Below are positions 1 to 9,033 of a stretch of DNA of 64,000 nt, piece after piece. Source of the stretch: Bacteroidia bacterium (lineage in GTDB: Bacteria > Bacteroidota > Bacteroidia > M30B66); contig OZ257142.1 in the NCBI GenBank assembly GCA_965279035.1, forward strand, positions 556,491-620,490. Reading direction: 5' to 3'. The notes under the pieces were generated by a model, which did no database searches, was not told where the DNA came from, and was given only the letters and a program-made list of their open reading frames with translations. A program made the translations under genes and the position numbers. Position 1 is the stretch's first letter; each line of letters begins with the position of its first letter.

Positions 1-679
1 CCAAATTCCGACTCAATTCATCCAAGGAAACTTCTTTTCCCGGTTGAAACGCAATCAAGCGCAACAAATCACTCACTTTCGAAGCATTTCGGATACCTTC
101 AAATTCTAGAATGTCTTTCAGTAAATACGACGAAACTATGTCGCGCAGGTAATCTGCTTTTTCATCCAAGGAGTTTAAATGCACGAGCTCTGGATAGTTT
201 CCATATACGAGTCGTTCGGGCAAACGGGCTTGTGTTTCCAGCACGTTTTCGTAGTTCGAATATTCCATTTGGGCAAATGGATATAAATACACAACCTTCT
301 TTCTGCCTGTAAGTGGTTCACCGGTACTATTTCTCAAGTCAAACACCGACGAGCCCGTTGCAATTATGTGTAATCCTTCAATTTCATCCACCATCAATTT
401 CAAGCACCAACCAATCTCCGGTATACGATGCGCTTCATCAATTACTAGCAGTTTGTTATTGCCTACTAAACGGGTGTAATTCTCCACCGTTCGGTTTTGA
501 AATGTTGATTGAACAAGTGAGTCATCTCCATTCAAAAAGAGATAGGGCAAACCTAATTCGGGAAGTATGTTCTTTAAAAACCAAGTTTTACCTGTTCTTC
601 TTGCGCCTAAAAGCAGCAATACTTTATTGGGCTTCAGTGACTTACGAAAACTTTCTTCAATTGCCCGATGTATTTTCAT
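1..679 (-). CDS. AAA family ATPase (DUF4143/AAA_14-like), C-terminal part runs off the window
   Basis: Reverse-strand translation from ATG at 677-679 gives MKIHRAIEESFRKSLKPNKVLLLLGARRTGKTWFLKNILPEL...VIDEAHRIPEIG, with Walker A GARRTGKT and a Walker B-like VIDEAH. The listed + strand ORF 313..702 lies inside it and is spurious. Confidence 0.75.
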   Translation of the reverse strand, partial: MKIHRAIEESFRKSLKPNKVLLLLGARRTGKTWFLKNILPELGLPYLFLNGDDSLVQSTFQNRTVENYTRLVGNNKLLVIDEAHRIPEIGWCLKLMVDEIEGLHIIATGSSVFDLRNSTGEPLTGRKKVVYLYPFAQMEYSNYENVLETQARLPERLVYGNYPELVHLNSLDEKADYLRDIVSSYLLKDILEFEGIRNASKVSDLLRLIAFQPGKEVSLDELSRNL

Positions 680-710
680 ACATCAAAGCTACACATTTTT
701 GAATTCCTAT

Positions 711-769
711 TGACGATTTTTAATGAAATTCAGTCATCATACTGACGATATTTAATCAAATTCAGTCAA
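711..769. repeat. Tandem 26-bp direct repeat (TGACGATTTTTAATGAAATTCAGTCA / TGACGATATTTAATCAAATTCAGTCA), candidate operator or promoter element upstream of the ATPase gene
   Basis: Two copies at 711-736 and 744-769 with 23/26 identity. Each has TGAC...GTCA inverted ends. They lie 32 nt upstream of the ATPase start codon. Confidence 0.5.
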
Positions 770-978
770 TAGCCTATTCGTTTGAATCTTTTAAATCGCT
801 GCTTTTCTTATAAATAGGCACCTTAGAACCACAACCGATCTTTTAGGCAGATGTTTTTAATTTTCGTTTTAACTTGGAGATGAGTGGCTATAAACCGTAT
901 CAAACTAAAAAGTTTCGAAACACTGTCTATTCGGAAAACTCTTTGAAATATAAAATATAAGCTTTTGATTTTACCAAC

Positions 979-1299
979 CTATCGTATCTCAATAGGTCCA
1001 GTTTGCAAGTCAGATTTTAACACGTCTTTTATCTTTTGAACTAGTCTTTTCAATGTTTCATAACTATTGTCAGAAGCATTTAATACAAGAACCGTTATTG
1101 AATATTTTGTAAAATTCTGCTGATACTGCAAGTTTTTATCAAAGGTTAATAAAGCGTCAAATTTGTTGTCTATTAACAATGTCAGTAATTTTCCATTAGA
1201 AATTCCTGCCCATCCTTTATCTGCTACAGTGAAAATTTCATGCTCAATAAAGTCTTGTTTTAATCTTTTGGGTAGATTTTCATCAAGCAGCAGTCTCAT
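979..1299 (-). CDS. DUF5615 family PIN-like putative toxin
   Basis: 106 aa starting MRLLLDENLPKRL, typical of DUF5615. It overlaps the upstream DUF433 gene by 17 nt, the usual antitoxin-toxin arrangement. Confidence 0.7.
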   Translation of the reverse strand: MRLLLDENLPKRLKQDFIEHEIFTVADKGWAGISNGKLLTLLIDNKFDALLTFDKNLQYQQNFTKYSITVLVLNASDNSYETLKRLVQKIKDVLKSDLQTGPIEIR

Positions 1300-1525
1300 A
1301 GATTTGCTGGATGTTTTTTGAAGTCAATATTTTACTTGCTATTTCGATTACTGCAATGGCTTGCTCCTTTTTTACAGTAGGAAAATCATCAAGAAATTCA
1401 TCAAGTGCTATTCCTTTCTCTATATGATCAAATAGTGTTTGAATAGGAACTCGTGTTCCCATAAAAACAGGATTACCTGATAGTATTTCCTTATCTATAG
1501 TTATATAGTCTTTAATTCTATACAT
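1283..1525 (-). CDS. DUF433 domain putative antitoxin
   Basis: 80 aa with GNPVFMGTRVPIQTLFDHIEKG, characteristic of DUF433. It is the first gene of the two-gene module. Confidence 0.7.
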   Translation of the reverse strand: MYRIKDYITIDKEILSGNPVFMGTRVPIQTLFDHIEKGIALDEFLDDFPTVKKEQAIAVIEIASKILTSKNIQQIYETAA

Positions 1526-1550
1526 GATTCAAATATACGAAAATCTACGA

Positions 1551-1571
1551 AATACCCGTCAAATGGGTATT
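1551..1571. promoter_or_regulatory. Perfect 7-bp inverted repeat AATACCC-N7-GGGTATT, 26 nt upstream of the DUF433 start; candidate autoregulatory operator or terminator of the upstream suf-DUF2480 operon
   Basis: Read directly in the sequence. It sits between the DUF2480 stop (1611) and the TA start (1525). Confidence 0.4.
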
Positions 1572-1610
1572 CTGTGAATTATGACGTAAATGCCAATCAT
1601 TTACAGCTAA

Positions 1611-2117
1611 CTATTTCTTATATATCGGCACCGTAGAACAGGCTTCACCGTACATGATACTTTTCGTAATCGGACGAAGCTTATTCGTTAGCATGACAAA
1701 TGCTGACCGTGGAACGGGAAGGTTGCCGCAACCTTTGATAATCACGCGTTGGTTTTCGTATTCCGAAACATCCAAACTATCAATAATCTCTTTGTATAAC
1801 TCGCTCTCTAGCGTTTCTAAATCACCAAATACAATACGTTTTGCATATGGTTCTAATTGAGCTGCCAATAACATATACGCCCAAACTGGAATTATCGCAT
1901 CAGCAGAACAATAAACCGCTACATAAGCATTGGAATATGTCGACCAGTCGTTCGTTTTCAACCATTCGCGAAAGTCTTTCTCCTTGAGAATTTGTCCCAT
2001 GAACAGCTGCTCGGTAATGTCAATCTGCCGGCGAACACCTTTTATATAGTAATCTTCCAGATCGATGTTGATCAGTCCGCTATTAGCTACTTTATTGACA
2101 ATTACCTCTTCCATCAC
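1611..2117 (-). CDS. DUF2480 family protein (conserved Bacteroidota protein at the end of the suf operon)
   Basis: 168 aa ORF, co-directional with and 9 nt from the DUF59 gene. Confidence 0.7.
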   Translation of the reverse strand: MMEEVIVNKVANSGLINIDLEDYYIKGVRRQIDITEQLFMGQILKEKDFREWLKTNDWSTYSNAYVAVYCSADAIIPVWAYMLLAAQLEPYAKRIVFGDLETLESELYKEIIDSLDVSEYENQRVIIKGCGNLPVPRSAFVMLTNKLRPITKSIMYGEACSTVPIYKK

Positions 2118-2125
2118 GGTAAGAA

Positions 2126-2443
2126 TTATAAAAATCCTAATTCCAATTTAGCTTCTTCGCTCATCATGCTTTGATCCCAAGCCGGCTCAAACGTGATTTC
2201 CACCTTTGCCGAATTCACTCCTTCAACCGTTTTGATTTTCTCTTCTACATCAGGAGGCAAAGTTTCAGCAACCGGACAAGAAGGTGAAGTAAGAGTCATC
2301 ACAATCTGAACATCCCGATTTTCGTTGATATTCACCTCGTAGATTAAGCCCAGCTCGTAGATATTCACGGGGATTTCTGGGTCATAACAGGTCCGGATCA
2401 TGTCGATCACATCCTTCTCAAGTTGTTCGAGTGTCTTTTCCAT
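2126..2443 (-). CDS. sufT: SUF system Fe-S assembly protein, DUF59 (SufT/MIP18 family)
   Basis: 105 aa with TLTSPSCPV, the DUF59 signature. It is located in the suf operon. Confidence 0.8.
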   Translation of the reverse strand: MEKTLEQLEKDVIDMIRTCYDPEIPVNIYELGLIYEVNINENRDVQIVMTLTSPSCPVAETLPPDVEEKIKTVEGVNSAKVEITFEPAWDQSMMSEEAKLELGFL

Positions 2444-2447
2444 CGAC

Positions 2448-2864
2448 TCAGTTCTTTATGTATTTAGCAGCTTCCATTTTCATGCGACGAATCATGGCTT
2501 CCAGTCCATTCGAACGCTGCATTGATAAATTATCGCGAATGCCTGTTTTATCTATAAAAGTCAAATCAGCCGTCAAGATATCTTCAGGCTTTTCATCTCC
2601 CAAAACTCGCATGATAATACTCAATAAACCACGAGGAATTTGAGCTTCACTATCTGCTACATAATGTACATGAGTACCATCAAATTCCGAAGCGATGTAC
2701 ACTTTGTTCTGGCATCCATGAACGATATTCTCTTCAATCCGAAACTGATCGTCCATTGCAGGCAAATCCTTTCCATGATCTATCACATAGCTGAATTTCT
2801 CTTGCCAGTCTCCAAATAGGTCCAGCTCCTCAATTATTTCAGCTTCTTTCGCAACAATGCTCAT
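2448..2864 (-). CDS. sufE: Cysteine desulfuration protein SufE
   Basis: 138 aa, SufE-like, directly downstream of sufS with a 4-nt overlap. Confidence 0.85.
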   Translation of the reverse strand: MSIVAKEAEIIEELDLFGDWQEKFSYVIDHGKDLPAMDDQFRIEENIVHGCQNKVYIASEFDGTHVHYVADSEAQIPRGLLSIIMRVLGDEKPEDILTADLTFIDKTGIRDNLSMQRSNGLEAMIRRMKMEAAKYIKN

Positions 2865-4090
2865 TGCAACATCTTTTTAGCAAGGCTTATGGCATCAACC
2901 ATTCGGTCAATTTCGGCCCGAGTATTATAAAATGAAAAGGATGCCCGAAGTGTTCCGGGAATTCCAAAAAAGTCCATTACGGGTTGAGCGCAATGATGAC
3001 CAGTTCGCAATGCAATTCCTTTTTTATCGAGAATAAAACCAATGTCATAAGGATGTAAATCCTCCATAACAAAGGAAATGACCGCTACCTTTTCTTTCGC
3101 TTCCCCAATAATTTGAACGCCTTCAATTTCCTTTAAACGATTGGTTCCGTATTGAAGCAAGTCTTGCTCATAAGCTTGAACAGCTGCATGATCGAGCGAA
3201 TTCCAATACCGAATTCCTTCTGCCATCACAATTCCTCCACTAATATTGGGCGTTCCTGCTTCGAAACGCAAAGGCGCATCGTTGTAAGTAGTTTTTTCAA
3301 ACGTAACGGTACGAATCATATCGCCACCTCCTTTCCAAGGCGGAAGTTGATCGAGTAATTGCTGCTTTCCGTATAAAACGCCTACACCCGTTGGGCCTAA
3401 GATCTTATGTGCAGAAAACACGTAAAAATCGCAATCCAACTCCTGAACATCTACTTTAAAATGAGGAACAGCTTGAGCTCCATCAATCAAAGTCATAGCA
3501 CCAAACTCACGAGCCATAGCTAGTATTTCTCGAACGGGATTTATCGTTCCCAATGCGTTCGACACCTGAATAATCGACACCATGCGAGTTCTCAGTCCGA
3601 TCAATTTGCGGGCTTCTTCTAAAATCAGCTCACCATTGGAATCCATCGGAATTACTTTCAACACAGCGCCAGTTTGCTCACATACTAATTGCCAAGGGAC
3701 AATATTGGCGTGGTGTTCCATGGCAGTTACCACAATTTCATCACCCGGTTTGAGGTAATTTCTTCCCCAAGTTTGAGCGATGAGATTGATGCCATCGGTT
3801 GTGCCGCTTGTGAAGATTATTTCTTCGGTTTTGCGGGCATTCAGAAAAGCACGAATTTCTTCTCGTGCCTGTTCGTATGCCGATGTTGCCAACTGACTTA
3901 AATGATGCACTCCACGGTGAATATTCGCATTGTAAGTCGAATAATACTTCACCATAACATCAATTACCTGTTGAGGTTTTTGAGAGGTTGCTCCATTATC
4001 GAAATACACCAGCGGACACCCATTCACTTCCTGATGCAGGATTGGAAAATCCCGGCGAACAAGCTCAACATCAAAAGGAAGGGTATTCAT
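2861..4090 (-). CDS. sufS: Cysteine desulfurase SufS (class V aminotransferase)
   Basis: 409 aa with the SufS PLP lysine motif FSAHKILGPTGVGVLYGK and RTGHHCAQP. Confidence 0.9.
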   Translation of the reverse strand: MNTLPFDVELVRRDFPILHQEVNGCPLVYFDNGATSQKPQQVIDVMVKYYSTYNANIHRGVHHLSQLATSAYEQAREEIRAFLNARKTEEIIFTSGTTDGINLIAQTWGRNYLKPGDEIVVTAMEHHANIVPWQLVCEQTGAVLKVIPMDSNGELILEEARKLIGLRTRMVSIIQVSNALGTINPVREILAMAREFGAMTLIDGAQAVPHFKVDVQELDCDFYVFSAHKILGPTGVGVLYGKQQLLDQLPPWKGGGDMIRTVTFEKTTYNDAPLRFEAGTPNISGGIVMAEGIRYWNSLDHAAVQAYEQDLLQYGTNRLKEIEGVQIIGEAKEKVAVISFVMEDLHPYDIGFILDKKGIALRTGHHCAQPVMDFFGIPGTLRASFSFYNTRAEIDRMVDAISLAKKMLQ

Positions 4091-4103
4091 GGTTTAGGTA
4101 GAA

Positions 4104-5429
4104 TCAGATTCGGCTGGCTAATACTTCGGCAACAGCATTCCGCAATGTTTCGTGTGGAATGTGTTCGATTATTTCTCCTGCGTAAGCATTCAAGAGAAGT
4201 ACACGAGCTTTTTCAAGAGAAATTCCGCGAGCGCGCAAATAAAATAACTGCTCTGGATCTAACACTCCGGTAGATGAACCATGCGAACATTTTACATCAT
4301 CAGCATAGATTTCCAACTGAGGCTTGGTATTCACGGTGCCGGTCTCACTTTGGAGAATATTTTTGTTGCTTTGAAACGCATTGGTCTTTTGTGCATCCTT
4401 ACGCACATAAACCTTTCCATTGAAAATTGCAATTGCAGAATCATCCACCACACCTTTGTACAATTCGTTGCTTTCGCAGCGTGGATAGCGATGATCAACC
4501 AAGGTGTGATTATCCACTATTTGTGAATTTACCGGATGATAATAGCCGTACAAATGTGCTTCACATTCGGGAGCATCGAGCACGATATTTAGGTTGTTTC
4601 GCAACATACCCGAACCAAGACTGATCGTTACCGTTTCGAATTTGCCATGTTGCTTCACATGTGCTTCGGTTGTATGAAAATGTCCCGCAGTATGTTCTTC
4701 CGATTGAAGGGTAATCCAGTTGACATTCGCGTCTTTCTCCACCAGAATTTCGGTCACGCTGTTACTAGCAATAGAAGCATTTCCTTTCGTGCTGATGGAT
4801 GTTTGAATGACTTCTACTTCTGAAGATTCATCCGAAATAAATAACACGCGTGGTTGAATCAATTTGGCTTCCGGACTACTTACCAATTCAATGAGTTGAA
4901 CAGGTTTAGGTAGTTTACAATTTGTTGGGATATAGCAATAAATTCCATCTTGAAACAACGCGGAGTTTAATGCCAGAAACGAATCAGAGTCAGCTTTTGC
5001 AAGTGTTCCCAGATTAGTTAATGCATGTGCATCGTTATTTCGTAGTGCTTCAGCTAAACTTCCCATCACAACACCCATTGGCAAACCTTCGATTCGGGAT
5101 AGTTTTTTTGAAAAAATCCCATTCAACAACACAAGCCGAAAAGCATCTTCAACCAATAAAGAATGATTGAGCACATCTGACTCCGAAGGTAAATCAGTTT
5201 CCTGCGGACTTAATGTTTGGTTCAGTTCAGACGTAAATAGTTTTTCTACTTGCAAGTAGCGGTATTCCTCGTGTTTTTTACCAGGAAAACCTAAAAGGGC
5301 AAACGATTCGGCTGCTTTATCCCGAAAACCATTTAATATGGTATTATCGGGCAATAAGGCTGCTTTTCGGATGTGAAATCCAGCGAGCAACTTCTCTTTT
5401 AACGATTGTCCTTCGAGTGTATCGGCCAT
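4104..5429 (-). CDS. sufD: Fe-S cluster assembly protein SufD
   Basis: 441 aa. It has the SufB/D C-terminal motif KTNAFQSNKNILQS...DDVKCSHGSSTGVLD, and its size fits SufD rather than SufB. Confidence 0.8.
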   Translation of the reverse strand: MADTLEGQSLKEKLLAGFHIRKAALLPDNTILNGFRDKAAESFALLGFPGKKHEEYRYLQVEKLFTSELNQTLSPQETDLPSESDVLNHSLLVEDAFRLVLLNGIFSKKLSRIEGLPMGVVMGSLAEALRNNDAHALTNLGTLAKADSDSFLALNSALFQDGIYCYIPTNCKLPKPVQLIELVSSPEAKLIQPRVLFISDESSEVEVIQTSISTKGNASIASNSVTEILVEKDANVNWITLQSEEHTAGHFHTTEAHVKQHGKFETVTISLGSGMLRNNLNIVLDAPECEAHLYGYYHPVNSQIVDNHTLVDHRYPRCESNELYKGVVDDSAIAIFNGKVYVRKDAQKTNAFQSNKNILQSETGTVNTKPQLEIYADDVKCSHGSSTGVLDPEQLFYLRARGISLEKARVLLLNAYAGEIIEHIPHETLRNAVAEVLASRI

Positions 5430-5440
5430 GTTGTGGACAA

Positions 5441-6196
5441 TTATAAAGACGCTAATTCTTTCTTAATCCAATCGTAGCCTTTTTCTTCGAGCTCGAGTGC
5501 TAATTCTTTTCCGCCTGTTTTAACTATGCGGCCATCATACATTACATGTACTACATCGGGAACGATATAATCGAGCAAACGTTGATAGTGAGTAATAACA
5601 ATGGCTGAATTTTCAGGCGATTTCAAGCGATTTACACCATTAGCAACTACACGTAATGCATCAATATCAAGTCCTGAATCGGTTTCATCTAAAATGGCGA
5701 GTTTGGGATTGAGCATCGCCATTTGAAAAATCTCATTACGTTTCTTTTCTCCACCTGAGAAACCTTCGTTTACAGAGCGGTTGGTCAGATTAGATTCAAT
5801 TTCCACGTACGCTTTTTTCTCCTTCATCAACTGAAGAAATTCTTTTGGCTCCATTGGAGGAAGTCCACGGTATTCGCGTTGTTCAGCGATAGCAGTCTTC
5901 AAAAAGTTGGTAATACTCACTCCCGGAATCTCCACCGGATACTGAAATGCAAGAAAAATTCCTTCACGGGCGCGATCTTCTGGAGCTAATGCTAGCAAAT
6001 CTTTTCCTTCAAAAAACACTTCTCCGGCTGTTACTTGATAGTCTTCTCTCCCAGCTAAAACCGAAGCCAAAGTTGATTTTCCAGAACCATTCGGTCCCAT
6101 AATCGCATGAACTTCACCCGGTTTTACTTCCAACGAAAAACCCTTCAGAATCTCTTTTTCTTCTACACGTGCGTGCAGGTTACGAATACTCAGCAT
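5441..6196 (-). CDS. sufC: Fe-S cluster assembly ATPase SufC
   Basis: 251 aa with Walker [13 protein letters not shown] signature FSGGEKKR and Walker [11 protein letters not shown]. Confidence 0.9.
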   Translation of the reverse strand: MLSIRNLHARVEEKEILKGFSLEVKPGEVHAIMGPNGSGKSTLASVLAGREDYQVTAGEVFFEGKDLLALAPEDRAREGIFLAFQYPVEIPGVSITNFLKTAIAEQREYRGLPPMEPKEFLQLMKEKKAYVEIESNLTNRSVNEGFSGGEKKRNEIFQMAMLNPKLAILDETDSGLDIDALRVVANGVNRLKSPENSAIVITHYQRLLDYIVPDVVHVMYDGRIVKTGGKELALELEEKGYDWIKKELASL

Positions 6197-6415
6197 TTAC
6201 TATGTTTTTGGAACAGCCTTGTTTAAAACCGTTCTAAATAAGGCCGCAAAGGTAACACAATCGCATGGATAAGGTTTATCTGAAAAAAGAAAATTGGCGA
6301 TTTCGATTTAATAATTTTTGAATCTTGATCAATATTATGGTAATGAGTTTTATTGATTAGTTCACGTTTTCGGGGATAACGAATTGTCGATAACAGGTTT
6401 TGGTGCAAAATGATT

Positions 6416-6949
6416 TTACTTTGATAAGATAATTTCTTGGGTTTGAATCTGATTGCTTCTATGAAGTGAACGATCTACAATAGTGACTTCGTAGCGAATC
6501 GTATCATAAACAGAGAAAGGATTATTAGTAAATAAGGACATGCTTAAATCGCCTTCAAGCGTTTTATTCTGACCTGTTGGAGTCAAATAAGGAATTCGGC
6601 TATGGTTACTAAGTGTATCTCCACCGGGAACCGCAGGAGGAAGAACAATGCGAACCCATTTCCCCAGTTGTTTTTCAAAATAGTTGATGTATAAATCGTA
6701 GTAGAAAGGGGAGCTTCGGTCAAAAGGAGGAAATGTATCGGAAGGATTCAAGCCAACATCACCATCCCCATCAGTAAAATAAATATGAATAATTCCGATT
6801 GAATCTTTACCTGCGACGTTCTTCACTTGATCAAAGCCAGTCAAAGAGATAAGCGGTGTATCAGAAAAGTTTTTGTCCTTTTTACAGGAAACACACATTC
6901 CGATGCAAAAGATAAGTAGGAACAACTGTAATTTTGGCTGGCCAAACAT
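6416..6949 (-). CDS. Hypothetical lipoprotein
   Basis: Signal peptide and lipobox (LLIFCIGMCVSC) in a 177 aa ORF. Confidence 0.55.
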   Translation of the reverse strand: MFGQPKLQLFLLIFCIGMCVSCKKDKNFSDTPLISLTGFDQVKNVAGKDSIGIIHIYFTDGDGDVGLNPSDTFPPFDRSSPFYYDLYINYFEKQLGKWVRIVLPPAVPGGDTLSNHSRIPYLTPTGQNKTLEGDLSMSLFTNNPFSVYDTIRYEVTIVDRSLHRSNQIQTQEIILSK

Positions 6950-7977
6950 GTCACGAAGATAAAGGCATTTTACTTATTGTGTTTCCTCCAGAACGTTCCT
7001 CCCTTCGAAATTCGATTTTCAAGATATCAAGTCAGGAAGATTTCCAAGACCGATGTTTGGCAGTTTATCGATATCAGTCGATCTGGAATCCCGTGTATCG
7101 CGCTTGGATCAAAGCATTGAATATAAATCCGGAGGATATCTCACATCCGAACGACATTCCTTATTTACCGATTCAATTTTTCAAAGATCAACGGGTGTTC
7201 AATGATCAAACTTCGTCGGTACTTGAATTCAGCAGTTCTGGAACAACTGGAATAACGACTTCGATTCATCACGTAGCAGATACCTTATTATATGAGGAGA
7301 GTTTCACAACTGGATTTATTCGTGAATATGGCTCTCCATCGAATTCCGTTATTTTAGGTTTACTACCAGCATACCTTGAACGCCCAGGTTCTTCCTTAGT
7401 ATATATGACTGACAGTTTGATTCGTCAGTCGGGTAGAGCAGAAAGTGGATTCTACTTGAATAATCTGAACGAATTATTGGATGTGTTGAATCGTTTGGCA
7501 AGCAAGAATCAACGTGTATGGCTCATTGGAGTGAGTTTCGCCTTGCTCGATTTAGCTTTACTTGCTCCACCTGTTTGGCCTGAGTTAACTGTGGTAGAAA
7601 CTGGAGGTATGAAAGGTCGGCGTAAAGAGATGATAAGGGAAGAATTGCACGCAACCATACGCGCTACTTGGCCTCTTGCACATTTGCACAGCGAATATGG
7701 CATGACGGAATTATTCAGTCAGGCTTGGATGAATGATTTGGGCAGGTTTCAATGTCCGCCTTGGATGGATATCCGTATTCGGGATGCAAATGATCCATTT
7801 ACATATGTTGAAGCAGGAAAGAGTGGAGGAATCAATGTGATTGATTTAGCGAATTTGGATTCCTGTTCATTTATTGCCACACAGGATTTAGGGCGCAGAA
7901 GGGAAGATGGTAGTTTTGATGTAATTGGGAGGTTCGATAATAGCGATTTACGCGGTTGTAATCTGTTGGTTACCTAG
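6934..7977 (+). CDS. LuxE-like acyl-protein synthetase / acyltransferase family protein
   Basis: 347 aa with the adenylate-forming motif SSGTTG and a LuxE-like layout. The start is uncertain because 6934 overlaps the lipoprotein gene by 16 nt. Confidence 0.65.
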   Translation: MAGQTCHEDKGILLIVFPPERSSLRNSIFKISSQEDFQDRCLAVYRYQSIWNPVYRAWIKALNINPEDISHPNDIPYLPIQFFKDQRVFNDQTSSVLEFSSSGTTGITTSIHHVADTLLYEESFTTGFIREYGSPSNSVILGLLPAYLERPGSSLVYMTDSLIRQSGRAESGFYLNNLNELLDVLNRLASKNQRVWLIGVSFALLDLALLAPPVWPELTVVETGGMKGRRKEMIREELHATIRATWPLAHLHSEYGMTELFSQAWMNDLGRFQCPPWMDIRIRDANDPFTYVEAGKSGGINVIDLANLDSCSFIATQDLGRRREDGSFDVIGRFDNSDLRGCNLLVT

Positions 7978-8100
7978 AAATTTACCAAATGAATAAGAAA
8001 AATGCAACAAGTTTGATTCGCTGAATCATAGATATACCGTGATTTACGGAACTTTTTGAGCTATTGAATAAAGTCGTGTGAATTTTACTGTTGATAAAAT

Positions 8101-8130
8101 TTGCGCAGAACGATTCTATTCCTATCTTTG
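8101..8130 (+). promoter_or_regulatory. Putative Bacteroidota sigma-A promoter of the rplM operon (-33 TTG at 8101-8103, -7 TATCTTTG at 8123-8130)
   Basis: Matches the TTG / TAnnTTTG consensus with a 19-nt spacer, about 40 nt upstream of rplM. Confidence 0.5.
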
Positions 8131-8170
8131 CAGCCCGTTTGGAAAATCGTATTCTTAAATCCTAAGAAAA

Positions 8171-8626
8171 TTGGATACACTGAGTTATAAAACAGTTTCG
8201 GCCAACAAGGCTACAGTAACCAAAGAATGGGTACTGGTAGACGCCGAGAACATGGTCCTTGGGCGTTTGAGCTCACAGGTCGCAATGCTGATCCGTGGCA
8301 AGAAAAAGCCCAATTATACACCGCACGTTGATTGTGGTGATAATGTAATCATTATCAATGCTGAGAAGATTGTTCTCTCCGGTAACAAAACCGATGAGAA
8401 GATCTACACCCGCTACACCGGATATCCGGGCGGACAGCGTTTTCAGACTCCGCGTGAGTTGCTGAATAAAAAGCCGGAAGCTATCATCGAAAAAGCGGTG
8501 AGAGGCATGCTTCCTAAAAGCCGTTTAGGCCGTGCTTTATTTGGGAACTTATTCGTATACACTGGAAGCGAGCATCCTCATGCAGCTCAGCAACCAAAAA
8601 CCATTAACATTAACGATCTGCGATAA
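8171..8626 (+). CDS. rplM: 50S ribosomal protein L13
   Basis: 151 aa with the conserved L13 N-terminus WVLVDAENMVLGRLSSQVAMLIRGK. Confidence 0.95.
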   Translation: MDTLSYKTVSANKATVTKEWVLVDAENMVLGRLSSQVAMLIRGKKKPNYTPHVDCGDNVIIINAEKIVLSGNKTDEKIYTRYTGYPGGQRFQTPRELLNKKPEAIIEKAVRGMLPKSRLGRALFGNLFVYTGSEHPHAAQQPKTININDLR

Positions 8627-9012
8627 TGGAAACCATCAACACAAGCGGAAGAAGAAAAACTGCTGTTGCACGTGTTTATCTTAAACCAGGAACTGGAAAG
8701 ATTACAATCAACAAACGCGATATCTCTGATTACTTTACTGTTCCTACTCTTCGTGGAAAGGTTCTTCAACCATTTCTCGTTACTGAGCATGAAGGTAAGT
8801 TCGATGTAACTGCTAACATTCAAGGTGGTGGAATCACTGGTCAGGCTGGAGCTTTAAGTCTTGCTATTGCAAAAGCATTAGTAGAACTTGATGCTACCAA
8901 CAAACCAGCACTTCGTTCAAATGGATTAGTTACGCGTGACCCACGTATGGTTGAACGTAAAAAACCAGGACAGAAGAAAGCTCGTAAACGCTTCCAGTTC
9001 AGTAAACGTTAA
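8626..9012 (+). CDS. rpsI: 30S ribosomal protein S9
   Basis: 128 aa with GRRKTAVARV and C-terminal KKPGQKKARKRFQFSKR. The TAATG stop-start overlaps rplM. Confidence 0.95.
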   Translation: METINTSGRRKTAVARVYLKPGTGKITINKRDISDYFTVPTLRGKVLQPFLVTEHEGKFDVTANIQGGGITGQAGALSLAIAKALVELDATNKPALRSNGLVTRDPRMVERKKPGQKKARKRFQFSKR

Positions 9013-9033
9013 TTTTCCGACCCTCCTATTATT

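Noticed and set aside
313-702. 129-aa + strand ORF
   Set aside because: It lies entirely within the better-supported minus-strand AAA ATPase gene, which has Walker motifs, and it has no recognisable features.
6223-6408. 61-aa ORF between sufC and the lipoprotein gene
   Set aside because: No RBS or promoter context and no recognisable domain. It is likely chance in an AT-rich intergenic region.
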